Made by a program: the position numbers and the translations under genes. 64,000 nt of DNA, taken from Phoronis australis (lineage: Eukaryota > Animalia > Phoronida). The stretch covers positions 439,977 to 503,976 of the forward strand of contig NMRA01000064.1 in NCBI GenBank assembly GCA_002633005.1, read 5' to 3'. Under the pieces are notes generated by a model. It saw only the letters and a program-made list of their open reading frames with translations. It made no database searches and was not told where the DNA came from. Numbering within the stretch: the stretch's first letter is position 1; every line of letters starts with the position of its first letter. Shown here piece by piece: positions 24,616-36,892 of this stretch.

Positions 24616-24825
24616 CTGGTACCAACTCTGGACTACTTATCACTATACAACTGGTGCCAACCTTGAACTACTTTTCACAATACAGCTGGTGCCAACCTTG
24701 GACTACTTTTCACTATACCACAGGTGCCAACCTTGGACTACTTTTCACAATACAACTGGTGCCAACCTTGGACTACTTTTCACAATACGGCTGGTACCAA
24801 CCCTGAACTACTTTTCATCATACGG
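24616..24825. repeat. Minisatellite, 35-bp unit x6
   Basis: ctggtgccaaccttggactacttttcacaatacaa repeated contiguously with no spacers. Confidence 0.92.
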
Positions 24826-25058
24826 TATGTTCAACTCATGCACCAAGCAACATCATACAATCAACATTCTCAAGAACAAACTAATTATGAAATCTGTTAA
24901 CAGCAAAACGTAAATTATTTAGGATATAATATGGCAGACAATTGAAACTATGCACCAAATAAATACTTCACTATTTACAAGCTCTGTATAAGCTACCATC
25001 AGAAAATGTTTTGAGCAGGTGTGGCCATTCACAGCAATGTTAGAAGGCCTTGAAAAAT

Positions 25059-26324
25059 AACAAGAGCAATGCGGAGCGTTGAAATGCACTCACAAATGCT
25101 GCGCAAACGGTTTGCTTCTAGGGTTGTTCATTTGTTTCATAAAAATAGCCTCTAGATGGCGCAAAACAACCAATCCACCTGACAACGGGAAAATGCCATC
25201 ACTTCTTTAATAGAAAGCCATTTACCAAATTTTATAAAAATCTGTCAAAGAACTTCAGAGAAACAAAGGAAAACGGAAAAAATGAAATTGAAACTATGGG
25301 ACACAGCATTCACTGGATCTGCCTGAAAGATGTCGAGGTCTGTTGTTGGCTTCATATAAATACAATTACTAAATTTAATAAAGATCCTGCAGTGGATTTA
25401 GGAGATGCAGCTATGGGCACAAAACAAAACAAAACTAAACTACTACTAGGAGGCGCAACAGTAGACGAATTCGTTACCGTCAACCGTCCTCTTCACACTG
25501 AGAACAAACACGCCAATTTTCAAAATCATCCTTAGAATGTTTGGTTGATCAAGGGGTGGACGCCACAAATCAGACTCGAAAACAGGAAAAATGGCCACTA
25601 GGTGGCGCAAACTACGTCAAATCCATGCGAAAACGGGAGGATAGCATCATCTCAAAAAAAAATTATTTTTTTTTGAGATGATGCTATCCTCCCGTTTTCG
25701 CACGGATTTGACGTAGTTTGCGCCACCTAGTGGCATCATCTCACCAATAGATGCCTATATTCCAAATTTTCTGAAAATCCATGGAAGAACCTTTGAAGAT
25801 ACAGAGGTAAACCTAAAAAACTAAAATTGTCACTAGGGGGCACACCGGAAGTCAGATCTGTTGGAAAGTTGTTGTCATCCATTGTCAACATCATATAAAT
25901 ACACTTGCTAAATTTAGCAAAGATCCTGCAAACGGTTTAGGAGATATAGCCATGGGCACAAAAAAACAGCAAAACTGACCACTGGGTGGCGTAAACTAAG
26001 TCGAATCCATGCGAAAACGGGGGGGAAAGCGTCATCTCACTAATAGATGCCTATATGCCAAATTTTATGAAAATACGTTGAGAACCTTTGATGATATAGA
26101 GATATAGCGCAAAAAACTAAAATTGCCACTAGGGAGCACACCAGTGGTCGGATCAGTCCGAAACATCACTCATGCTGTCCCATCCATGAAAGAAACATAA
26201 TATGTGCAAAATTTCATGAACATACGTCAAAGGAGATAAAGCAGTGGACGCCAGACGGACGGACAGACAGACCGACGGAGATGACGGCATAATGCTCACA
26301 TATTTATATGTGGGCACATAAAAA
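25059..26324. mobile_element. Helentron-associated non-autonomous element (HINE/DINE-1-like) with internal tandem units
   Basis: Begins aacaagag; internal repeats of about 150/300 bp; (GACG/GACA)n microsatellite at about 26255-26278; terminal hairpin tgctcacata-ttta-tatgtgggca followed by an A-run. Confidence 0.72.
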
Positions 26325-26824
26325 GGTGAATTTTGGAAATTATTTCTGTGTGAAACAGGCGAGACTTTACAATAACATGTTGAATATCAACATTTTGTTC
26401 AACTCAAAGTTAATTGCAAGACGTAAAATTATTTTCGACGAAAATTTAAGCTCCATAAGCAATAATAATCGAGTCAAGCCAAAAGTGCCAACTTCAAGTA
26501 TGCATGCGAATCCAGCTACAGAGCCAATAAATGAATTCCATTTGGTGTAGCCAATGCAATTAGCATGTAAAACTAAAAAAGCTAATCCGCCATATTATAT
26601 AGCTTTTATTCCACATAAAAACAAAGATTAGGTTATATATAGCTCTAAGTGTTTACTCACTGAACATGGTCATGCATTTAAAAATACTGTGAAGGCCTAT
26701 TTAGCCAATGTATCATTTGGAATTCGTAACAACAAAGAACACAACTTTGAACAAAACTAAAGTAAAGAGATGAGTTGCCCAATAAGCACAGTTTAGTTGT
26801 CAGCATGCTGGCTTGACAACAAAC

Positions 26825-26863
26825 CTTCTCTGGTCCACAGGGTCGGAGAAATATAACTTTTTC
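26825..26863 (-). CDS. Candidate 39-nt symmetric cassette exon: KKLYFSDPVDQR(R)
   Basis: ttccttctatag| acceptor, AG|GTTTGT donor; phase 2->2 and open in the required frame. Confidence 0.3.
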
Positions 26864-27327
26864 CTATAGAAGGAACAAACTCCACGTTCTACTTGATACA
26901 CACAGCAATGCATGCACAGAGACTGACAGGCAAGACTAACAATTTTCATTCACAGACAGAAAGGGTTTTAGAACACATACCAATTTCATTATACCAAAGG
27001 GTAGAATGAACGTACTGTCCTGTACACCATTTCATTTACACGATGCTTATATTAACAATGTTCATTCCAGAATTTAAAATTCACGGACCAAATGTCACTA
27101 CTATAGTGAAAGAGAAAGTGATCTCTGCGAAAATGTGGCTCCAGTGATTATTAGTAAGCCATCGTGGTAATTAGATGCATTGCATTAGAGTACTATATAA
27201 ATATGGACCAATCCCTAGGGTGATATCAGGTCATGTGGACCAGTGGGGAGCGATGTCTTTGGCCTCAGGCTGCACCATTCACCCATCATCTATATAGGCC
27301 AGCGGTTGGTTAATATTTGTTTTATTA

Positions 27328-27540
27328 CCGTAAACGTTCGGGTTAACGCCCTGAGCGGTTAAATTGGCAAACCCAAAAAATCGGGGGTGGGCGGTTAACC
27401 AGACATGGGCGCTTAAACATGAAACTTCAAAAAATCCAGGGTGGGCGGTTAACCGAGCAATGGGCGGTTAAGTCGAAAATCCACCTTAAGCAGGGGGTGG
27501 GCGGTTAACTGAGCATGGGCGTTAACCCGAACGTTTACGG
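27328..27540. mobile_element. Tc1/mariner-type MITE with TA target-site duplication
   Basis: Perfect TIR ccgtaaacgttcgggttaacgccc / gggcgttaacccgaacgtttacgg flanked by TA; internal gggtgggcggttaac subrepeats. Confidence 0.88.
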
Positions 27541-29269
27541 TACATTACCACTGATGCTTCTTTCCTCTGAATTTTGTCTTTTATTAGATTGGAATGTTCT
27601 CCCTGTTTTGATGTACTGTACTGTGAATGAAAAGTCATATTCCACGGCTCAATTGGTCAACATTACCTCATAACGAAGTTAACACACCCTGTTTTAGCCA
27701 GAAGTATAAGTGGTCATGTAATAAAACACAATACCAAATACACAAGGAGACATCATGTACAAATATATGTCACTACTGCTTAAAATTCTGTGGCAATTAT
27801 CATATTCAGTGTTTCAGTGAAGGACTGTTACGGGATGAACACTATATTACATTTAGAAGTGAAAATGTTGTGAAGTCTTGTTGTACCGCAGTTACAAGAA
27901 AAAGTTACCATCCAAGACAAGAAATTATCAGTAACAAATAAAATCTTACTGAAGACAAACCCAAGACATACCCATTGGTAACTCATTACAAAACCATTCC
28001 TGCTATTGACGATTACACAAGATTTGAACACAACCCGGATACAATTCATACGCCAGTTCAATATGTATATTCACAGACAAGAACACCAAACCAAGCGTAT
28101 CAGTCGAGTTATTTCAACACTTGTTACACAAACGCAAACACCAAAGCATCACACACGACTGAGAGTCAAAATACCAACAGAAAGGATGAGGTAAAGACTT
28201 GTTATCAAAATACCAACAGAAAGGTAAAGACTTATCAAAAGGGAAATAACATGGAAGACATGCTTCGCAGTTGCAAATTTGTTTACCATATGCAGCGGAA
28301 ATCTTCTAACAAGAAAATACTTTTAAGGCACATTCTTGTTGCACCATTCATAGTAGAACAACAACTACCTCTGCCAGGTCAGAAGAAATTATGTGAAAAG
28401 TGTCGTTTGCTTGTATGTTTGTATGTTATCTTACAGTCTCATGGCCAGACTTACAGCAGCTACAAACCCATCTTCTGCCTAAGAAGCTAATTTTTATTTA
28501 GAACACTTACTGCTACAAAATTGGTCTGAACTTGTTTCTTAATCAGACGAGAAGTGACTTTAGGTCTTGCAAAACTGACAGTTCAATATTCCTCGAGATT
28601 TGAGGCTCGGCGAATAAAATGACAAGCCTCGACAAGTGAACTTGTGGAGCTTGGTCATGAGAAATACAAATTGTTAGTTCTTTCGAAATACAGGAATAAC
28701 ATCCATTTTGACAAAGGAACAATTTAAGACCAACTTCATAAATAATCAACTGTTTTTCTGGGACAGAAATCCAGTTTATAACCACTTCAAGTTTGCCCTC
28801 TACACATTTGACAGATGTCTGAAACATCTGAGAAAGACAGGAGGTTCAGTGTTCAGTCTTCAGCAACATCAAAAGATTGCAGCAAAGCTGTATTTGGCTT
28901 CAAATAACTCAGCAAGTTTTGGAGCTTTTAAGTAAGTTTAGAGCAATGGACCAAAAAGAAAACCTGACAAAAGCATTTTCGCTCTTTTTCATACGATAAC
29001 TGAATAGAAACACAAAGATATTGGTTTCAGAGTAAATTATTTGAGATGCTTGTCCACTATTTGTCAACAATTATTATTTACTTATTATTTGTTTTATCAT
29101 TGTAGTATTTACAAAGGTAAACAAATGTACACAGTGCGATTGGCATGTCTCCAGGCAGGCAGTTTGAAGGGTTCCATCAACCTTAAAGCAAACAGAGAGG
29201 CAGACGACATGAGAATGTCCAGGGAAGCAGACAATATCCAGGAGTTACAACAAATCATAGCTTACGTAC

Positions 29270-29306
29270 TTTTGCCATGGTGCAGATTTAGTATAAACAC
29301 CAGGAT
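29270..29306 (-). CDS. Candidate microexon alternative to exon 6: (D)PGVYTKSAPWQ(K)
   Basis: Long pyrimidine tract plus cctgtag| acceptor; donor AA|GTACGT gives phase 1->2 like exon 6. An overlapping GTAAGC donor lies 4 nt further. Confidence 0.3.
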
Positions 29307-30307
29307 CTACAGGGTGGCATGAAAAACAAAAGGAAAACTGGAACACTGGTACGTGGATTATTATAAATTGGTAAAGGTTTGACAAAGAAACCAAAGCGTT
29401 TTGAAGAAAATAAATATGTATGTTTAGTGTTGACATATTTGCCACTATTATGACGCGATTTGGACTCACAAATAGGAATAGAAATGCACAGTCACACTAT
29501 ATTTATGCAGGTCTTGAATTTTTTTTCCATTCAGGTAACGATGGGAGCATTTTAGCATCATATGCTTCGACAACAGCTGCACCCAATGTATGGCGGCTCC
29601 CCGGGTTCATAGCCAGGTAAAAGCTTAGCAATTTACAGTTTTGCTACATAAATCTGGCCTAATTATTGTTTTTCTTTTTCATTTTGGCATTTTAATTTTA
29701 TTTTACTGAGTCCAAAACGTGAAAGGACATCACACTAAACATTCGAATACCTGCAATGCAAATAACAATGAAAACAAACAAAAATCAGCCACATGCTTGA
29801 TGAGTACATAACGATAACGGATTATGTGGACACGGTCTCTCTAATGTGCACAACTTGCAAACTGAATGACCATTTTGGGTGGCAATTACCTACAGAGTTA
29901 TTTCAAACTTTTAATAAATATTCATAATAATTTACTTCTTTTTGCTCGTTTTAAATCAACAATTAGACATAGTCAAATAACATGGCTCAGTTATCACAAC
30001 TGAAAACCATGACAACGATATTTCAATGTTAACTAGTAGTGTTTCACGTTAGCAAGTCATTCAACAGTTGTGCACACTGAAACCTCAATGTACCAGTAAA
30101 GTAAGAGCATTACTTCATACTGTGATAAATATCAAGCTGTGACATGATGATGCAAAACTCGTCTACAGGTGGCAGTGCAGACTGGCCTAAAACAAAATGG
30201 TCAACACGGGCAGGATGCGGAGTAAAGTGACTAATAATCAATTATTGAGAACAAGCCATCTACCTGGCTACTGGGATAGGTTAATGCAATGCTGTGCATG
30301 TCATTAC

Positions 30308-30809
30308 CCTTTGGATGAATGCTGCTGCATCCCCGCCACCTGACGTTTGTAGGTTTGCTGAATATTATTGGCTGAATAAAGACCCATGGGGGAGTTGAAT
30401 TGGGCATGAACCACAGCCTTCACATGAGGGTGATCGGGAGGACCTTCCACGCCAGATATGACTACAGGCTCAAACGTAGGTTTACTGACTGGGTGAGCAG
30501 AGCTCGGTGATTTAGGAGACAATTGAGGGTAGTGGCTGCCCATGACATGCCCAGAGTGGGACCCTGGAGACATGGGACCAGATTGTCTTCGGGGTTGCGA
30601 CTGAGATGGGCTCATGGGTGAAGGCTGGGGTGACATAGGGCTCTGAGGCTGCTGACCAAATCTCTGGGGTTTGGCTTGAGATTGCTGGTAAGGAGATTGG
30701 GAGGGGCTCATGGGTGGGCTGTTATAGGCCTGAGCCCAGGGAGGTTGATGATGGGGTCTCTGAACACCCTGGACGGGTTGCGCTGGTGTTGGCGGCGGTG
30801 TACACGGAG
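30308..30809 (-). CDS. PDZ-LIM gene A exon 6: P/Q/S-rich region plus ZM motif (VVHAQFNSPMGLYSANNI)
   Basis: ttttcag| acceptor, GG|GTAATG donor; 502 nt, phase 1->2; canonical Zasp-like motif. Confidence 0.88.
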
Positions 30810-32106
30810 CTGAAAATGAACACCGTTTTGAGTGAGGAACATTCACACAATGATAGCAAGGAAAATCCAATTTCATACAATCCACACGATCGAATAATTA
30901 TAGTTGAACAGGTGGCAACTATATTATAAGCAGAAAATAAACTTTTTGTTTACCAAAACTTTAATATTGATAAATCTCGCCAAACCAAGTCATCCAGGTT
31001 ACGGCAATGGTTGATTGCACAAAGTCATGAACTGTGTATTGACAGCAACTATGTTTTATTGCCCTGAACCTCAACTGGCCGTCTTGTGAGGATTCCATGA
31101 TAGGACCATAATGGGAAGTGTCTGTCACCAAATGTTCACTGCATACAGCACAAATAACCACGGCATTGAATTATTTGTTGAAACTCTATTTAAGGTTATG
31201 TAGGACCTTAGAAAACTATCCAAATTTGGCTAACTTGGGAACATAATAGTCCAGAAACAGCCGATGAGATTAACAGGAAACTTTCAGATAGCACACTGTA
31301 AGGAATCGTTTTCAAAATGTTACTTTTGTAGGAGGGGCCTTAACAAATAAGGCTTTCATGATTTTTATGAAAAAGAACAACAAATTTTACATAAAACAAA
31401 AAGGAAACATAAATATAAAAAATGTAACATGGTTACGCGACCCAATAAATATCAAACTGGTATTAATTAAAATATCAAACTCTACAGATTTTCAACTTTC
31501 AAAATATATATTAAAATCTATGGTTCTGTAAATATTTGGCTAAATATAGACTTATCGATATGGTCCTACAAAACCCCAAGAAGTATTAATGAATAATCTG
31601 AAATGAATTGGGAACAAATCAGTATGATAAACAACACAATGAGCATCACTTCATGTAAAGATTCTACGACCATGTGTACACTGGAGTCGGACAGTTTCAT
31701 TTTTCATTAAACTTTAACAAATAATCACTGAGGAAACAGAAATTGTTGTGCACAGGTATAATTACTTTGGCAGTAAACTTGTCCTTCAGGTTTGTCTCAC
31801 CAAAGATGGCGCTAATGGTCAACATTGTGAACTTTTTCAGTTCTTTTCACAACCACAAATTATTGTGTCAAAGAGAAAACAAAAGAGAGGTTGCATGTTC
31901 ACAGATGTTTCAAAGAAAAACATCAAGCTCTTACACAGCCAGTCACTACATGAGCACGCAAGTGTCATCGCAATGCATTGATGCTCATTGTGTTGTTGAT
32001 GGTAATTTGGTCGAGGGTCAATGTCAGCAGTAATTCGATCAATTCCCGAATTAAGATTTGAAAATGAACCACAGCAGTTGAGTGTGGTGCTATACTGTGT
32101 CACTAC

Positions 32107-32249
32107 CTTGGCCGCTCTGTACGACGTTCTGTAGAGCACTGAATGACCGAGACTGTAGGTTAGGGTCGGTGAACCCTCGGTACTTGGGGGTGCCATCGGC
32201 GTCGGGTTCCTGGTAGCGTGCACTCTCGGAGGGGCTAGCATAGCCATTC
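32107..32249 (-). CDS. PDZ-LIM gene A exon 5: NGYASPSESARYQEPDADGTPKYRGFTDPNLQSRSFSALQNVVQSGQ
   Basis: 143 nt, phase 2->1; QSRSFxxLQ (AM-type motif). Confidence 0.8.
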
Positions 32250-33702
32250 CTGTTACTGGGAAAGTGGATAGTTAGATGGGTGAAGAGTGGAGCTACATAT
32301 GTAAAGCGAGACAGGGTACCACAGACAAGAGTAACAGTTAGACAAATTACACACACATGAAACAGTGCACAAAAATGCTTATACTCAACAGAAGACATGA
32401 TATTCAACAGGTGGCGCTGATGCAAAAAGTTTTTATAACAGTCTGAATCAAGTCAGAACAAATGGGTGCCATTATGGTATGTACATATATGATCACATAT
32501 GAACACCTGAATTTACTGTTCATGTGGATTTTGTTACTAATACCACCTGCTGAATTTCTAGTTTCTCATTCACTAGCAGAAGTGCGAACTACCAGGCACA
32601 AGTTAGAAACAATTTCAATGAATTTTGAGAAACCAATTAGAAACTAATAACATCTAGGTACTCCTGTTAGCTAAACTAAATAGAAACAGAAGTAGAAGAT
32701 TTCTTGAAAATCAAACGTGCACACAATCATAATTATTGCAAACAACAGAACAAATTCAAAAGAGATACTAAATGATGACAAAAATGTGAATAACTGAACC
32801 AATAATGATGTGAAACAATAAACAATACCACACACTATTCAGAGATGATCTAAATCGCTAGTCCCAAAATCTATTATAAACTGCAATTATAAACCATCAA
32901 ACTAAATGAAAGAAAATACAAAGGAGCTGACAATAACTCATAACATTACAAAGATACACACAGTCAGTTTGTCTCTAATGCACAGGAGAGTGAACAAAAC
33001 TGACAGTAACCATCAGGAATAACAACATGCACACACCATGATCAAACCATAAAATAATAATATTAACAACAACAATAATAATAAACAAGGTGAAATCGAA
33101 CAAACAAAAACAACAACCAGTAAAAACCTGTAAGAAGCATTCATAGCTGCAAGTTGGGTTAGGAGATGCAGCGCCAAATGGCAATTTTCTTAAGACATTG
33201 TAGAATCGAAAACAATTTTCCATGTACACTTTGTGACCTTAATTGATATTCCATCTAATTGACGGCAGTCCAACCTTGTGTAATGGGCCAGTTTCTACAA
33301 TAACTGTCCCAAGCTCTCGGCAGTAAAGAAAGCAAAATAAGTCAATAGTCAGTGTTTTCCATCTCATAAAATTCAAAATCAACAGGAATAGCAAGCGACT
33401 GTTTGTGAATAAAGCATTGGAATCAATACACAGACCTGGTGCCAACATCTAAAGTGAGTAATTTACAGAAGAAACGATTATCTCCTAGCACAGTTTTTTG
33501 GTGAGCCAGAGAAACAGCAAGCTCATACCATGACGAATTCAAATGGAGAACATTGGTGTCACATTCAGTCGAATTGTTTGGTGATCCTGCAAACTAAACT
33601 TTCTAAATTTCCTTGACTTAATTAACTCCCAGCTATTGATATTCCAAAGTGTTAATCAAGAATCTGTGTCCAGGAAAACCCTAGGTGTTTCAGCAGACTT
33701 AC

Positions 33703-33776
33703 TTAATAGACATGCTTGATGTTTGACTTGTAACAGAGTCAACAGATGAGAACGGTTTGGCAGCTGTATTGTACGT
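33703..33776 (-). CDS. PDZ-LIM gene A exon 4: TYNTAAKPFSSVDSVTSQTSSMSI(K)
   Basis: ctctttacag| acceptor, |GTAAGT donor; 74 nt, phase 0->2; YNxAAxPF matches the post-PDZ motif of Zasp/ALP proteins. Confidence 0.8.
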
Positions 33777-34908
33777 CTGTAAAGAGAATGGAACTGGTTG
33801 TCATGAGTTGTAAATAATGGAAAAGTAAATCAATGGATTATTTGAAATAACAGAAACAACGAGTCTTGCTCCCATAGCCTAAGTTAAGTCATTACAAGTT
33901 TCCAACTTGAATGGCAGGGACAATCCCTGAATCTTACTCACTAACGCCCTGATAAGTAAAAAAAAACTAATTTCTGTGACACTAAAATGTTCTGACCTTT
34001 AGAAATTCATCAATGAATTTCTAACTGTCCTCAAACCTTTATAAAACACCAAAGCTTTTGTGTTCTGGAAAAGATCTTCCATGTGAACCACAGCATTGAA
34101 TGACTGCTTGAATGTGTCGATAAAACTTCACCATCAACATAGCAGACACGTTAAAAAAGATGTCTTCTCATGATTTACGCCCACATGACATTAAAGCAAA
34201 CCAGATTCAAGCAGTTAGGCAATCAAATGAATCATTCTACCAAGAAGCAAATTAACATAATTTCTAAAATTTATTGGTCTAATTACACCAACCTCTAGCC
34301 TATTTACAATGGGATGGCGAAGAAGTTGGCCATTTTCCCGACCACCTTCAGGTAATACAGCATTCTAAGAAGAACGAGAACAAGTATCTGTTACACTCAT
34401 GGAGGGCACTTGGATTATATTTTTCATGGTACAAGGCAAAGTTTGACATTAGGACCTTTTGTTTGTCAGTCTATTACTATAACCACTGGGCCACTGACTT
34501 GGTTATCAGTCCAGCATTATAAGCATTAGGCCATTCAGTTAACTCAGTTACATGTCAGTCTCTAAGTACTAGGCCACTGTGTCACCTGCTTAGAGTGCTA
34601 GACTGGCAATAGAAACACCTCAGTTTCAAACCCCGCCATGTACCAGGAAAAAATACAATCCAAGTGCTCACAATGAGTGTACAAGATATTGTGCTTGTTC
34701 TCCGAAGAATGCAGCAAGACTGAAGATGACAGGAGAAAGAACCGTCTGAAACGTCATCCCAATGTAAATACGCTGGAGGCTGGGGTAACTAGACCAAGAG
34801 ATTTTAGATATAACGTTATATCACCACCTCAAAGCAGTTTTGGGAAGTCAAGAAAGTGATTTCTCAGCCATTAGCATAAACATCTGCAAGCTACATGTGC
34901 TCTCATAC

Positions 34909-34984
34909 CTGAGCTGGTGCTTGGTAGGTGGATTGATATGCAGCAGTGCCACTAGGGGGGGCTTTTAAGCCAGTTACACCATCC
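34909..34984 (-). CDS. PDZ-LIM gene A alternative exon 3b: DGVTGLKAPPSGTAAYQSTYQAPAQ
   Basis: ctgtttcag| acceptor, CAG|GTATGA donor; 76 nt, phase 2->0; the phase-0 reading hits TAG. Confidence 0.62.
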
Positions 34985-35316
34985 CTGAAACAGTCAAACA
35001 CACCACATAGACAATCATGCATGGACACTCTCATGCAGGTTTTACAACTTGGCTTGGAGGGAAATTCATTTTGAGAACCAAAGACTTCTCAGAAGCTTCG
35101 GAGACTGGACACAAGGGACAGATATCTTTTACTGCCTAATGTAGCAGTTAAGGATGAATGAACTTTACAATAAACCCCCTGGGGTACCCACTATGAAGAA
35201 AGGGGGGGAGCAAATCATCATTTAAAAGTATTAGTAATGCCTTTGATTTTGAGAGAAGTGACAGAACTTGGTCAACAGTGAAATGCTTTAAGGCATAAAC
35301 CACCCTTCAGAAAAAA

Positions 35317-35388
35317 TATGCTTATAATGCATTGTATGCTTATAATGCATTGTATGCTTATAATGCATTGTATGCTTATAATGCATTA
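35317..35388. repeat. Minisatellite, 18-bp unit x4
   Basis: tatgcttataatgcattg repeated. Confidence 0.9.
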
Positions 35389-36073
35389 TATTAGTGACTC
35401 AAACTGAAGATGACACATTGTTTGGAATAATCTTGATTGACATATTCGTCAGTTTGCTATGTGATCCACATGAATCGACCATAAAATTTATACATTTGAC
35501 CTTGAAGAGGTAAGCAACATTGTGTAAGGCGACACAAACTTAACAATAAATTTGTAACTTTGTATTTTTGGCCCCTGGCCTTGTGTACTGAATAAATGAT
35601 TTGAGAGATTTACACCCAGGTGACACTAGAGGTCACCAGTCTCAGCCTGGGGGCCAGTCACCATCGTTCAGCATCTCCCACTATGACAACGTCAGCCAAT
35701 GACTAGGAAATCTCAGCAGCCAGGCTTAGTAACAGGTGAAACTCACATGGACTTTCACCCACCTTTTCAAAAGGCTTCAATACTGTCAATGTTGTCCCCG
35801 GCCCAGCAAAGAAAATTTCCAGTCCTGTTAAAATTGAGCCGTAGGCTGTTAGATGTCATGCTGCCAGCCATTCAAGGCTGGAAGTTTTTTTTGGAAAAGT
35901 TGTACCTGTCTCACTCCGCCCCCTTTGAGTCCCTTAAGAATCTGCACTGTGGTTTGCCTGTTAAGTCTCGACTAACTGGCCCATGTTAAAATGGGAAGGT
36001 AAACATTAGAAAGGAACCACACAAACAAATCACAATAACCACACACTGGGCTGTTGACTCGTATTGCTACTAC

Positions 36074-36248
36074 CTTGGTGGAAATAGTCGAGGACGAAAA
36101 CTGTTGGACAGTCGTAGTGTCAGACTGTATAGGAGGGGTGACAGGGGTCGGCTTAGGGTAGTTCTGCACAGGGGGCAGCACTGCGGTGGCATTAGAGGTG
36201 AGTGGGACGGATGTAACCAGTATGACACCACGAGTGTTGCTACCACCC
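36074..36248 (-). CDS. PDZ-LIM gene A alternative exon 3a: GGSNTRGVILVTSVPLTSNATAVLPPVQNYPKPTPVTPPIQSDTTTVQQFSSSTISTK
   Basis: ctctctccag| acceptor, AAG|GTAGTA donor; 175 nt, phase 2->0; P/T/S-rich linker. Confidence 0.7.
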
Positions 36249-36740
36249 CTGGAGAGAGAAACAAGTAAGCAAGACGCATTGCTATTGAAAACATTTCTCT
36301 TACACACAATGATAGGCACTGCCTGGAATAAAAAACAAGCTATTCTATACAAGGATCTTACTCCAAATGAATAACACTAAGACATCCTCACTCGTTCTTT
36401 CCCCACTTTCAAAAACTACACTTTTGTGAAAAAAAACAACTCTTTGTACACACTCACAGGCTGATAAAAAAATTTGCAGATAAAAGATGCTAAATAGAAT
36501 TTTGTCAAGTTTATCTAAAACAAGTGTTGTCAACTCTTATTTCACAATGCGATTTCGCCAATTTTGTAGGACATTTCCAAACTAGCTCCAAATGTTCTGA
36601 ACCTTGATAAAGTAAGTACATTTCGTTTTAATGATATGATACAAAAACAATGACTCTCTGTCAAATAGCATAAAATGGGGTTTAGTATCCTTTTAAAACA
36701 GAAAGTTTGGTGAATATTGTAAATAGAATCAGACTTGCAC

Positions 36741-36892
36741 CTCTGCAATATAAACTCCACTTTATTGCCTGATCGTATGATCATATCTTGGGCATCTTTA
36801 TGCTTCATTACACTTGTGTCTTTGTTCGATATCTTCTTGATTACGTCCCCTGTCAGCAGGCCACATTTTTCCGCCAAGCTTCCTGGCGTTAC
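36741..36892 (-). CDS. PDZ-LIM gene A exon 2: VTPGSLAEKCGLLTGDVIKKISNKDTSVMKHKDAQDMIIRSGNKVEFILQ(R)
   Basis: Second half of the PDZ domain; ctaattacag| acceptor, AG|GT donor; 152 nt, phase 0->2. Confidence 0.92.

Noticed and set aside
24616-24825. 35-bp repeats of CRISPR-like length
   Set aside because: Units are contiguous with no unique spacers, there are no cas genes and the context is a eukaryotic intron; ordinary minisatellite.
27975-28490. 171-aa plus-strand ORF inside a gene A intron
   Set aside because: Non-ATG start, low-complexity A/C-rich antisense intron composition and no recognisable domain.
32545-33600. Additional AG...GT-bounded segments in gene A introns (about 32547-32590, 33531-33588, also 28452-28475)
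   Set aside because: Phases do not fit neighbouring exons without further assumptions and they carry no family motif.
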